Virus record (IMG/VR): IMGVR_UViG_3300010398_000020
Span: 1 to 36,528 of that record
Strand: one strand, 5' to 3'
DNA: 36,528 nt
Origin: a virus
Taxonomy: Duplodnaviria > Caudoviricetes
In this document: piece by piece, positions 7,219 to 16,543 of the stretch
Layout: the number at the start of each line of letters is the position of its first letter
Numbering within the stretch: position 1 is the stretch's first letter
Translations under genes and position numbers: made by a program
Notes under the pieces: model-generated
What the model was told of the DNA's origin: nothing
What the model saw: the letters and a program-made list of their open reading frames with translations, nothing else
Database searches by the model: none

Positions 7219-8346
7219 CTAGACCCAATCCCAATCCACCTTGCCCTTGCCGCTGATCCCTACGGCGCGCGCGAGCGCCGGCGAGAGGTCGATCGCGGCG
7301 TCGTTGGTCGGCACCGTGCCGGCGTTGGGTCCCGACGGCAGAGGCGTCCGGTTGGCGTAGCACGTGACCGCGATCGCGGTTTCATCCCCGAACACATATC
7401 GGTCGTCATCCACCGTCCACGGGCCTTTGTCCCTCACCTTTCCCTGCGCGGTTTGTCGCGTGGACGTGTTCCACACCTGCACCCCCCGGTCGCGCATGGC
7501 GGCGTCCGCTACGTTCGCCGGCAAGGCGACGTATAGCTCCGTGTCGTTGAGCGCGTCATAGGGCGGATAAGCCGAATTGTTGGGGTCGGAGGCCCCGCCG
7601 AACACGGTGGCGGTGATGTTCTTGTGGTTTGCCTGCGGCCCTTCCTCTGGCGGCGCTGGCTCAACCGGGCCGAACACCTGATGCCCGTTGACGTAGACGG
7701 TGACGTTGCCGGCCGCGGTTATGTCGATCTGCCCCGGCTCTGGCGGCACCGGTTCCGGTTCCGGTTCCGGTCCCGGCTCTGGCTCTGGCGGCGTCGGTCC
7801 CGGTATCGGCACCCCGCCAACCGCCTCCGCGATCCCCCGGCACACCGCATCAAAGTTAGCGTTGTACGCGCTCGCGTCGCCGGTAGACGAAACAAAGCAC
7901 ACCTCGATTAGAATTGCCGGCTTTGCGGTGTTGTTCAGGAAAAATAAATCGGTGCGTCTCTTGGCGCCCCTGTTTGGTATCGTTGCCGCGCCCGCAATCG
8001 CCGCCGAAACCTTTGCCGAGAGCGTTTGCTGAGTGACGTACAGACACTCTGCACCAATTTTGTTGCTGGTCTGCGGTGAACTTGAATTGAAATGTACCGA
8101 CACATCATAATCGCGCGATTGCGAATTGTGCCAATTGACAATGCGGTTGAGGTTTTCGTTTTGCGTGCGCGACACGTCGTCGTTGAATGGCCCGCGCACG
8201 GTGACGCCTGCCGCGGCAAGATTAGAAGCGACCGCGGCGACTACCCGGCGCGCTTCGTCTACCTCATCGAGATACGGCGGCACCGGGTTTCCGCGCGCGC
8301 CTCTGATATACAACCCGTGACCGCTGGAAATCGCGATCGTTGCCAT
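7219..8346 (-). CDS. Endolysin: N-acetylmuramoyl-L-alanine amidase (Amidase_3) + Pro/Glu linker + RlpA/DPBB-like C-terminal domain
   Basis: ISSGHG, E, SVHFNS and PAILIEVCFV amidase motifs. C-terminal V.DKGP...IDLSPALARAVG fits a double-psi barrel signature. Confidence 0.9.
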   Translation of the reverse strand: MATIAISSGHGLYIRGARGNPVPPYLDEVDEARRVVAAVASNLAAAGVTVRGPFNDDVSRTQNENLNRIVNWHNSQSRDYDVSVHFNSSSPQTSNKIGAECLYVTQQTLSAKVSAAIAGAATIPNRGAKRRTDLFFLNNTAKPAILIEVCFVSSTGDASAYNANFDAVCRGIAEAVGGVPIPGPTPPEPEPGPEPEPEPVPPEPGQIDITAAGNVTVYVNGHQVFGPVEPAPPEEGPQANHKNITATVFGGASDPNNSAYPPYDALNDTELYVALPANVADAAMRDRGVQVWNTSTRQTAQGKVRDKGPWTVDDDRYVFGDETAIAVTCYANRTPLPSGPNAGTVPTNDAAIDLSPALARAVGISGKGKVDWDWV

Positions 8347-8357
8347 GACACGCCCTC

Positions 8358-8612
8358 CTATTCGTGTGGTATAATGTCAGACGATTTCTGTGGCACGATA
8401 CACCGCGACAGCATTTCTTGCGCCTTTGAATTGCTGTCGATTAGTTGCTTCATAATTACATCGCGCGCCGTCGCGACATTCATCGAGGCCCACGTGACCA
8501 TCCCTATAAAGATCACGTTGAGCACCAACACGCCGAGCAATAGCGGGTTGTCTTTTAAGCTCGTTATCAACGTCCGGGCGGTTTGGCCGCCTTCCTCGAC
8601 TGCGCCATTCAT
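8358..8612 (-). CDS. Putative holin-like single-TM protein
   Basis: One TM (PLLLGVLVLNVIFIGMVTWA), immediately upstream of the endolysin. Confidence 0.6.
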   Translation of the reverse strand: MNGAVEEGGQTARTLITSLKDNPLLLGVLVLNVIFIGMVTWASMNVATARDVIMKQLIDSNSKAQEMLSRCIVPQKSSDIIPHE

Positions 8613-8624
8613 TGTCCGTATCCC

Positions 8625-11600
8625 TTATCCATGAATAAACGTCGCGCAAGCGTTGATGTTGATTGATGGCGCGGCTGAGACTGTCGGATTGTAACCAACT
8701 GAAACCGGATTAGTTACAGCCCGCCAATCGAGAGAGATTAGCTGATTTTGACTACCAGTTTGAAGGGCGTTGTAGAGATTAGTCCAACCCGGATCGGGTA
8801 TTGATATGGTCGAACCGGCACCTTGCACACTGGTGCGCGCGTAGCAGAAATCAAGCTGTGGCGCGGTTGTCAGAGCCGGAATGGTAACTGGCGCCGTAGT
8901 GGTCGCGCTATTAGCGCCGGCTGTCTTATCAAACGGTGAAGCAGTCGCAATGCCAGACGCTTGCGCCGCTATGATGTGTTGGAACCCGCCACCATTGGCG
9001 CCGCTGTAAGTGACCGTGATAGTCGCACCAGATGCAACCGCCGCGGCATTGGCCTTATACCAAATATCGTTAAACGCTGCGCTCGCGTTAGTTTGGTGTG
9101 CGGCTTGCGCATAAGTATTGGTTCCATCGCTCACGCCAGTGATAGTAACAACGCTATTGTTATTCTGCCCAATAGCAATGATCGCTAGATTGCCCGATGT
9201 AATAGCGTCGGTTGTCGTCGTAGTCAGGCTTGATCCGCTTACAGCTAATTGACCGGATTGTGCAAATAGCGTCGGCATTCCGATGGGCGAGGCGACCGGG
9301 TCACAGAAGGGCGTCGTCGGCGGCGTGAAGCCCGTTGTTTGATAGCGCGCCACGTTGGAAATCCGCATCTCATCTTCATAGCCGTTGAGATACCACGAAC
9401 CGTTGGGGCATGGCGTACCAGTGCCCCAACAGAAATTGGTTCCCGCAAACAATGTTGATGCGCTGGCAGCGGAAGAACCATATTGTGATCCGTCCAAAAA
9501 TGCAGATATGTTTCCGCTTCGTCTAACAACGGCATAATGGTGCCAGCTACCAGATGGCAGTGTGCTTCCATTGAAGGTGAGCGAGCCCGGAAGAAAGGTA
9601 AATTGGGTTGTAGCCGATGTGTAGAATTGCGTACTCGTCGTGTCGCCAAAAAACATTGGAGTAGCGCCACTAAACGCGCCTACATTTCCCCAAAACTCCA
9701 CCGTGAAATCGCCCGTTCCAACACTCGGGGGCGACCCAACCAGCAACCCATTGCTTGCGGCCGTGCCAGAAGATAGCGCATAGCCGCCGAACTTAGATTG
9801 CGCGCTAGAGATTGTTGTTGCTGTACCGGTGATGACGCCAGTACCCGATCGGATGCTATCCGCCGTCATTTGGTCTACGTGCCACAGCCCCATGACATTC
9901 GCATCACTGCCGCCGCCGTCCGTGTTGGCGGTGCAAATCGTGGCAGGCTGCGCGGTTGGGTGTGAGACGACTAGTAAGCCGGGGCCACCGTTGCCGCCTC
10001 TACCAGCGCCGTTAACACTATCGTTACCGCCGCCGCCGCCGCCGCCGCCGACGATCGCATCGCCGCCCGCCGTCCCGAATTGTGAGGCAGTTGAGCCGCC
10101 GCTAAAGCCGGCAGCACCACATGGCGGACTACCAACTAACAAACTTTGATAACGCCCTCCCGTGGCGCCACCCGAAACGCAATCAGGAATTGCCCCGAAA
10201 ATTGTTGTATCGACGTTGAAGCCCGGCCCACCCTTCCCGACGACGCCGGCAGTAGTGCTCGTTGCGTTGCCGGCGGAACCAACTCCCGTCGATCCGCCAC
10301 CGCCAGACCCCGCGTTTACGCCGCTCGCCGCGGTTAGAGCCTGATAGCCTTGACCGGGAACATTAGCGCCGCCCGCAGAATTGTTAGCCCCCCCGCCGCC
10401 AGACGCACCTAGCGTACCGGGTATGGTAGAACTAGAGCCTCCACCGCCGCCGCCTCTGACCGTAGCGATAACATCAAAGATACTAGGTTGACCAATTCCG
10501 CCGGCAACAACGGACGTGGCGCCGGCGCCGCCTGATCCGATAATGACGTCGTAAGTTTGGCTCGCATTAAGTTGAACTGCGCCGGTTCTGACGCCCCCGG
10601 CACCGCCGCCACCTGATGCGTTAGATACATTCGCGCCGCCACCGCCGCCACCTCCACCAACCAGCAGGTAATTGACCTGTACCGCGCTAGGGCAGGAAAT
10701 AGAGCCGTTGCCAGTAAATGTATATGTCGTGTTCGTCCCGGCCCGGCCAATCCAAGCAGTCCCCGTTACAGTGCATAGACTTGAAACGACGCCGCCCGCT
10801 GTTGCTTCTTGAACAACAACAATGCCTGATCCGCCAACGCCGCTAACAGTACCGCCGGGCGCTCCGCCTCCGCCGTCGCCTGTGTTGGGCCGTCCTATTC
10901 CGGCTTGTGTCGCGTTATTCCCGCCGGCACCGATCCCCGCACCTGAGCAACCACCCGCACCCGAATTGCCGGTGCTATCGGTACGCCCCGCGCCAGCGCC
11001 GCCACAGCCATATTGAACCGAAAAGCCGGTTATCGAGCTAATAAAACCCTTGCCGCCCGTACCGCCGCCATTGGTTGTCCCGGTGTATGGCGTTGACCCT
11101 GCGCTTCCAGCACCACCGCCGCCTGCACCACCGGTCGAGCCGCTATTTGTCCCGCCCGCAAACCCTCGCCCGGTTCCACCGGAACAATTGCCGCCAGCAA
11201 TCGAAGTACCGCCGGCAGCACTATTTCCGCCACCGCCGCCAGAACCACCAGAAGCGCCAGCCGTTGCGTTCTGGCCGCCGCCTCCGCCGCCCTTAGCGGT
11301 GCATGAACCTATCGTGCTGTCACCGCCGTTATTGCCACTGAGCCCTGTTGCAACAGCCGCGCCACCTGCGCCAACCGTGACGGTTGTCGCTCCGCTTGGC
11401 ATCGAATAACTCGAATAAGTGACAACCTCGCCAGCGCCGCCGCCGCCGGCGTAACTGTTACCGCCCGAACCACCACCGCCGACAACAAGTAGATTGACGG
11501 TGCGCGCCGACGGGCAAGTAAGGGTGCCCGACGACGTAAAAACATAAGCGAGCGTACCGCCCACCGTGGTGACGGAATTGGTGCCGCTGACAGTGCAGTT

Positions 11601-11720
11601 GTTCCCGCCCGGTGTGACCGTAATGCCCGGTCCCGGCCATACCAAGCTGATCTGTCCATGTGCGGAGACGATTGCCAGAAGCGTACTAACTGCAAGAAAG
11701 ATACCTGCAAGTTTCTTCAT
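8625..11720 (-). CDS. Signal-peptide-bearing fibre/adhesin: two Gly-rich domains + LamG/concanavalin-A-like domain + C-terminal beta domain
   Basis: MKKLAGIFLAVSTLLAIVSAHG|Q. Two repeats of FT.SG...LLVGGGG..GGGGAG...GG.G.VVV. LamG motifs GTGDFTVEFW, WHHYAVVR and DEMRISNVARY..FTPPT. Confidence 0.8.
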   Translation of the reverse strand: MKKLAGIFLAVSTLLAIVSAHGQISLVWPGPGITVTPGGNNCTVSGTNSVTTVGGTLAYVFTSSGTLTCPSARTVNLLVVGGGGSGGNSYAGGGGAGEVVTYSSYSMPSGATTVTVGAGGAAVATGLSGNNGGDSTIGSCTAKGGGGGGQNATAGASGGSGGGGGNSAAGGTSIAGGNCSGGTGRGFAGGTNSGSTGGAGGGGAGSAGSTPYTGTTNGGGTGGKGFISSITGFSVQYGCGGAGAGRTDSTGNSGAGGCSGAGIGAGGNNATQAGIGRPNTGDGGGGAPGGTVSGVGGSGIVVVQEATAGGVVSSLCTVTGTAWIGRAGTNTTYTFTGNGSISCPSAVQVNYLLVGGGGGGGGANVSNASGGGGAGGVRTGAVQLNASQTYDVIIGSGGAGATSVVAGGIGQPSIFDVIATVRGGGGGGSSSTIPGTLGASGGGGANNSAGGANVPGQGYQALTAASGVNAGSGGGGSTGVGSAGNATSTTAGVVGKGGPGFNVDTTIFGAIPDCVSGGATGGRYQSLLVGSPPCGAAGFSGGSTASQFGTAGGDAIVGGGGGGGGNDSVNGAGRGGNGGPGLLVVSHPTAQPATICTANTDGGGSDANVMGLWHVDQMTADSIRSGTGVITGTATTISSAQSKFGGYALSSGTAASNGLLVGSPPSVGTGDFTVEFWGNVGAFSGATPMFFGDTTSTQFYTSATTQFTFLPGSLTFNGSTLPSGSWHHYAVVRRSGNISAFLDGSQYGSSAASASTLFAGTNFCWGTGTPCPNGSWYLNGYEDEMRISNVARYQTTGFTPPTTPFCDPVASPIGMPTLFAQSGQLAVSGSSLTTTTTDAITSGNLAIIAIGQNNNSVVTITGVSDGTNTYAQAAHQTNASAAFNDIWYKANAAAVASGATITVTYSGANGGGFQHIIAAQASGIATASPFDKTAGANSATTTAPVTIPALTTAPQLDFCYARTSVQGAGSTISIPDPGWTNLYNALQTGSQNQLISLDWRAVTNPVSVGYNPTVSAAPSININACATFIHG

Positions 11721-14020
11721 CGCGACACACGCCAGTTAAGAGTGATCGCGCCGGGAGTAATGCTTGCATTGGTGTTGTTGCACACTTTGAAATTAGCGGC
11801 GCCCGCAGTTGGATACGGAATAATGGTAAGCATTCCGTTTGTTGACGGTTGATAGCCGACGATCCCGGTAGGATCGCCGTTGAAAGTTGCTTGAATGACG
11901 TCGGTGGTGAGTATGTTTGCGGCATTTCCTGACGTTGCGGTTCCTGCAACGGCGGTTGCACATGCGGCCGATCCGATCGAGGTTGTTCCTAACGCGGCGG
12001 TCCCTGCCGCAATTAACGCGGGGGTGCCGGCCGGCAAATCTGCCGCGACAAGCGCGCGATATGTCGGCGCCGCGGCGGCGCCGGTTGTCGGACCCGCGAG
12101 CACCTGATTTGCGCTTACGTTGCTCAACGTGAACGACAGTGCCGGCGTTGTGCTCGCCGTTGCTACGCTAGTCGTGAATATCGGGGAGAGCGCGCCGGCT
12201 GAAAATGTGGTTACGGTTCCGGTGCCGGGGGTGATTGTGACGCACCCGATCCCGGTTCCAGACGTGTAGTTGAGCACCTGATTTGTGCCGCTACACGACG
12301 GAACGGCATTAAATTGCGGCGCCGCTGCCGATGCGGCCCAATTTCCAAAAAGCGTGTTGGCTGCGGCATTTGATAGCGAGAACGATAGTGCCGGCGTCGT
12401 GCTAGCTGTTGCAACACTCGTTGTAAACAATGGGGACAATGTGCCGGCGCTAAACGTCGTCACAGTGCCGGTTGCGGTGCTACAAGGCGCGCTCGTTGTA
12501 ATGAGGTTTAGGTTTGCGTCGAATTGCGCGCAATTTCCGCTAGTGAGCGTGGTCGCCGATCCGACGGTTGCCAGCTTGTTAGGAGTGCCACCGGTGCCGG
12601 TGATCGCGCTAATCTGATTGCCGTTGACCCGAAAGACGTTGCCGGTTCCCGCGGTGTCATAGGTCTTATTCGTGAGCGTGTCGGTCGAGGCGCGCGCAAT
12701 GATCGTATCGTTGCCGGCCGGCCATGTGAGCGTGCCGCCGCCGGTCGCCGGCGGAGATACCGACACGGTGCCCGACGTTGTTCCCGGCATAGAAAAAATG
12801 CCGGCCGCACCGCTACTGCCGAGCGACATTGTGCGGGTGGTGTCGTTGTAGAGGAAATTGCCGGACCCGGCGAACGTGCCAAGCGGCGCGTTGAATTGCA
12901 CCGCTTGAACGGGTGTGCCCGGTGTGGCACCGCCGCCGCCGCTACCGCACGCGACGCCGGTTGTCGTGAGGTTTAGGTTTGTATCCCACGTTGCGCAGCC
13001 CGCGGTAATCGTGGTTGCGCTGCCGATGCTGGCGACCTTATTCGGCGTTCCGCCGGTGCCGGTGATCGGCAATTGCGCGGCGGTTGCGGTGCCGCCAATT
13101 AATGAGAACGTGTAATCAGCCGGACCCGGCGACGGACCTTGCGGGACTACAACGCCGGTGCGGCCGGCGAAACTTGTAACGCCGCCACCGCCGCCCGAAA
13201 CCGTGACGCAGCCAACGCCGGTCCCAAGCGTGTAGTTGAGTGCTTGATTAGCGCCACTACAGGACGGCCATACGTTGAACACCGGCGGCGCCGCCGATCC
13301 GCCTTGATTGCCAAACCATGTGTTTGCGGCCGAATTGGATTGCGCGAACGTCAATGCGGGCGTTGTGGTCGCTGTGGCAACGCTGGTCGTGAATAAGGGT
13401 GAAAGCGCGCCGGCTGTAAAATTCGTAACCGTTCCGCCGGTGGCGATTGAATTGCATCCAAACCCGGTTCCGGTTGTCCACGTCAGCGCATTAGTGGCGC
13501 CGTTACACGTCGAAAGAGTGATATAGAGCGGCGCGCCGGGCGTGGCCGATATGCCGCCGAGCAATGATGCGCCGGGCGTTTGCGGCAATTGTGCAAACGT
13601 AGCGGTGCCGGTGATGTTGGCAAACGCTTGGTTTTGCCACGTGGGCGCCGCAAGCGAACCATTCGAGGTGAGCACCTGTCCGGTGTTGCCGGTGCCGTTA
13701 ACGGATGACGGCGGGATAACGCCGCCGCCGCCAAGCACTACCGCGAATTGCTGCAACAACGGCGACGACGCAACGCTTGTTGTCGTCGTGTAGTACAGCA
13801 TTCCGCCGACGGTGCCGCTTGGAATTGCGCCGCCGCCGCCGCCGGCATTCTGTAGCACCCACCTCGTAGAAGCCGCGGCGTCGGTGTTGTCACCGGGCGG
13901 ACGCATTGGAACGATGCAGCTAGGGTTATTTGATCCGCACCCTTGCGCTGCGGCCGGCGCGGCCGGCGTCGCCGCGTAGCCGAGTAGCGCCAGCAACGCG
14001 ACGGACAACCACCGTTTCAT
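11717..14020 (-). CDS. Signal-peptide-bearing tail-fibre-like repeat protein (767 aa)
   Basis: True start MKRWLSVALLALLG at 14020 (ATGA overlap with the upstream stop). Fibre-type motifs GDNTDAAASTRWV, VTSFAGRTG and TDTLTNKT. Internal repeats. Confidence 0.8.
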   Translation of the reverse strand: MKRWLSVALLALLGYAATPAAPAAAQGCGSNNPSCIVPMRPPGDNTDAAASTRWVLQNAGGGGGAIPSGTVGGMLYYTTTTSVASSPLLQQFAVVLGGGGVIPPSSVNGTGNTGQVLTSNGSLAAPTWQNQAFANITGTATFAQLPQTPGASLLGGISATPGAPLYITLSTCNGATNALTWTTGTGFGCNSIATGGTVTNFTAGALSPLFTTSVATATTTPALTFAQSNSAANTWFGNQGGSAAPPVFNVWPSCSGANQALNYTLGTGVGCVTVSGGGGGVTSFAGRTGVVVPQGPSPGPADYTFSLIGGTATAAQLPITGTGGTPNKVASIGSATTITAGCATWDTNLNLTTTGVACGSGGGGATPGTPVQAVQFNAPLGTFAGSGNFLYNDTTRTMSLGSSGAAGIFSMPGTTSGTVSVSPPATGGGTLTWPAGNDTIIARASTDTLTNKTYDTAGTGNVFRVNGNQISAITGTGGTPNKLATVGSATTLTSGNCAQFDANLNLITTSAPCSTATGTVTTFSAGTLSPLFTTSVATASTTPALSFSLSNAAANTLFGNWAASAAAPQFNAVPSCSGTNQVLNYTSGTGIGCVTITPGTGTVTTFSAGALSPIFTTSVATASTTPALSFTLSNVSANQVLAGPTTGAAAAPTYRALVAADLPAGTPALIAAGTAALGTTSIGSAACATAVAGTATSGNAANILTTDVIQATFNGDPTGIVGYQPSTNGMLTIIPYPTAGAANFKVCNNTNASITPGAITLNWRVSR
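12030..13530 (-). repeat. Intragenic modular repeats in the 767-aa fibre
   Basis: 3x GTVT.F.AG.LSP.FTTSVATA.TTPAL.F; 3x C.G...L...GTG.GC; 2x ITGTGGTPNK.A..GSATT...CA..D.NLNL.TT...C. Boundaries approximate. Confidence 0.8.
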
Positions 14021-14328
14021 TGGACGAACTCCAAAACTGACACGCCTCCCGTGCCGGCGATCCCGTAGATTGCGGACCACCCGCATGTTGCGCGAGTTGC
14101 GTCGATAAACAGCCGATCGGCCCCGGAGAAAATCACGTAAGAACCTGCGCCGTTTACTGCCGGCGTTGTGCCTAGCGGTGCAATCCAAATGGCCGCGCCT
14201 GCCCCCACATTCGGGTTGTGAATTAACAGCGCGCCACGCGACGGATTAGGCGGGATGATTTGCGTTGGGGTGGCGCCGTTAATCACCGTTCCGGTGTTAA
14301 ACGGCATAATAGTTGTTGTTTGGCCCAT
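14017..14328 (-). CDS. Small putative virion protein
   Basis: 103 aa beta-rich (NPSRGALLIHNP). GGGAG RBS. Lies in the fibre module. Confidence 0.7.
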   Translation of the reverse strand: MGQTTTIMPFNTGTVINGATPTQIIPPNPSRGALLIHNPNVGAGAAIWIAPLGTTPAVNGAGSYVIFSGADRLFIDATRATCGWSAIYGIAGTGGVSVLEFVQ

Positions 14329-14340
14329 GACAGCGCTCCC

Positions 14341-15519
14341 CTATATGTTCACGTCCCAACCTTCGACCATAACTTGCGCCGCCGCGCCATTGACGCCCCA
14401 AAAGAACGGTCCGCTCCCGAGTAGACGACCCGGAACGGTCGCCGGCCCTTGCGTTCCCTGACCAACGCCCAACGTAAGCGCAAAATCCATCATGATCGGC
14501 GCGTTATTTGTCGTTGACGAGGATGCGGTCGCATAGCTGTTGTTAGGCGCAATCGCCGCAAAAATACCTTGCGACGCGACACCGTTGGCTATTTTGTAGA
14601 GCAACAAGCTTGTCGCCTTGACATTTGACGACGGCACAAAATTAGCGAGGCTAAACGAGGTCCAGAACGTGACCGACGATCCGCTTGCAGCCGCCGCCGG
14701 CATTCCTTGAGCGACACCCGGCCGATACGAAAACCGATTGCCGTATTGCGCGCCGCCCATAAGTTGCGCGGTTCCGGTCGCTGTCCGCCACATGCCGATT
14801 AGTTTGCCGAACGTGTAGCCGGTCGGCGGTAATGTGCCAGCGAATGTTGTCGATGTTGAAACTAATCCACGCAGAACACCACCATTGCTGATCGCGTAAA
14901 TATAGTAATTTGTGTTGACGTTGATCGCACCGGTGTCGAGCCCGTTGATCCCGTTTACTGTGAAATCAATCGTGAATGCCGCGCCGCCGGGTGCAAACCG
15001 GATTGATTGTCCGGCCGCATTGTTCAACGTAACTTCCGCTATTGAAACGTCGAGTTTGGTATTTGGCGTTGTGATGTTGTTGGCTATAACCAAACCGACG
15101 ACAGAACTACCCGCCGCAACCGTAGCGGCCGGAACCGTCGCCTCCTCCAAAAACCAACCACCGGAGCCGCTATTGAGCGACTGTGAAAACACGCAAACGT
15201 ACTCTTGACCAAGCACCAAATTGTTAGCACCGGCGGGTGTTGCACCGTCGCCCAAATAAACCGGCAAATTCGGGAGCGTGAGAAAATTCAGGCTCACGGT
15301 GCCGTTGGACGTTTGCACCGCCTTGAACCGCACCGCGCAAAATTCGGTGTAAGACGTGAGGATAGGACAATTCGGGTTAGGCGAAACCGTGATCGAGTTT
15401 TGGCCCGCTGCCGTGCACGGTATCGCAATCATTTGCGCGACTTGCGCAAACATCGTGTCGAAGATTGATAGCGGTTGATTGCCGCCGGCGAGTTGCGAGA
15501 ATGTGGTAGGCCACCCCAT
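14341..15519 (-). CDS. Putative tail fibre/fibre-anchor protein (no signal peptide)
   Basis: Thr/Gly/Ala/Asn-rich. NGINGLDTG...YYIYAI...LPPTGYT..KLIG is a phage fibre-type motif. Confidence 0.7.
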   Translation of the reverse strand: MGWPTTFSQLAGGNQPLSIFDTMFAQVAQMIAIPCTAAGQNSITVSPNPNCPILTSYTEFCAVRFKAVQTSNGTVSLNFLTLPNLPVYLGDGATPAGANNLVLGQEYVCVFSQSLNSGSGGWFLEEATVPAATVAAGSSVVGLVIANNITTPNTKLDVSIAEVTLNNAAGQSIRFAPGGAAFTIDFTVNGINGLDTGAINVNTNYYIYAISNGGVLRGLVSTSTTFAGTLPPTGYTFGKLIGMWRTATGTAQLMGGAQYGNRFSYRPGVAQGMPAAAASGSSVTFWTSFSLANFVPSSNVKATSLLLYKIANGVASQGIFAAIAPNNSYATASSSTTNNAPIMMDFALTLGVGQGTQGPATVPGRLLGSGPFFWGVNGAAAQVMVEGWDVNI

Positions 15520-15528
15520 AGCGCCCTC

Positions 15529-15951
15529 TCAGTAGGTGAGTTGCAGAACCGCCGCCACGGTGTCGGTTCCCGACAAGCCAGCATTGTCAACGAACGCGAT
15601 GAACGCATTTGGCGGGAGCAATATGCCGCGCGGGATGGGCGCGTAGTTGATCGCAATGCCGGCCGCCGCGGTGCCAAGCGCTACGTTTTGTCCCCACGCA
15701 TAGTTGCCGGTGAGGCTCGCGGCTTGGTTGACGCCGGGGTTGCCGATCCAGAAATTCGCGCCGGCGGCGGTTGTGCGGAGTGCCATGTATAGATTGCGAT
15801 TGCCAATGGTGGCGCTCGTTACGAATGAAACAAGCACCGAATTAAGAATGCCGGGTGTGCTATTGCCAACGGCGACTGCGACGCCGCTAGCCCCTCCGAG
15901 TGCGATTGCAGCGATCGTTACGAGTTGCGGTGTACCGACTACGCCGGACAT
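15529..15951 (-). CDS. Putative virion structural protein
   Basis: 140 aa beta-rich, within the tail module. Confidence 0.65.
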   Translation of the reverse strand: MSGVVGTPQLVTIAAIALGGASGVAVAVGNSTPGILNSVLVSFVTSATIGNRNLYMALRTTAAGANFWIGNPGVNQAASLTGNYAWGQNVALGTAAAGIAINYAPIPRGILLPPNAFIAFVDNAGLSGTDTVAAVLQLTY

Positions 15952-15954
15952 TTG

Positions 15955-16356
15955 TCACCCCCGTTTGAGATAGAGGAAAACGATCGGCCATAGGACTACG
16001 GCCGCATAGGTTCCCACGGCGGCGAGCCGCCACGGTTGCGGATCGTACACCGCCCAACCGAACATTAAGACGGCGCCGATTACGGCAATCATTCCCAACA
16101 AGCGCGCGCTCAACACCTGTAGCGCGGCGGTGAGCGTGTCGAGCACGCTGGCCTTGTTTTCCAGCGGAACCGGCGGCGCGAGGCCGACAAGCATTCCGCC
16201 GGGTTTGTAGTCAGCCGGGTAATCGGCAACAGCGCCGGCGTTCGCCGGGAACCGTGTCACGTTGTCGGGATTTGGCCCGTCGTATGTCTCGCCGGGGTCG
16301 ATCCCCAACTCGCGTAGGTGTTCCGCCGCGTTCTTTAGCTCCGCCTCAGTGCTCAT
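15955..16356 (-). CDS. Membrane protein with two C-terminal TM helices
   Basis: Start MSTEAELK at 16356 (AAGGA RBS). TM segments LLGMIAVIGAVLMFGWAV and LAAVGTYAAVVLWPIVFLYL, followed by KRG. Confidence 0.75.
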   Translation of the reverse strand: MSTEAELKNAAEHLRELGIDPGETYDGPNPDNVTRFPANAGAVADYPADYKPGGMLVGLAPPVPLENKASVLDTLTAALQVLSARLLGMIAVIGAVLMFGWAVYDPQPWRLAAVGTYAAVVLWPIVFLYLKRG

Positions 16357-16543
16357 CGAAATATCCTTTTTCGTCCTCGCCGGCGCCGTCGATCTTGTGT
16401 TTGATTTGCAGGAGTTTTGCGCCCGCCTCGATCGCCTTGATTTTCTCCGCCGGTGTCGCAACGCTGTCGGGCGCTAGCACGCCTTCGACTGCCCTTTCGA
16501 GCGTGAATAAAAACTTGCTGCTATTGCCCTTGCGCTTGGTCAC
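16346..16543 (-). CDS. Small hypothetical protein
   Basis: GTG start overlapping the upstream stop, with GGGAGG RBS. Confidence 0.7.
   Translation of the reverse strand: MTKRKGNSSKFLFTLERAVEGVLAPDSVATPAEKIKAIEAGAKLLQIKHKIDGAGEDEKGYFDEH

Noticed and set aside
7749-7790. Tandem CCGGTT/GGCTCT hexamer repeats
   Set aside because: They encode the Pro-Glu linker of the endolysin and are not a CRISPR or contingency locus.
10027-10050. (CCG)n run and similar runs in 8625-11720
   Set aside because: These are poly-Gly codons of the Gly-rich domains.
14021-14188. N-terminal 56-aa extension of the 823-aa ORF in the track
   Set aside because: It overlaps the 14017-14328 gene. ATG 14020 is stop-coupled and exposes a clean signal peptide.
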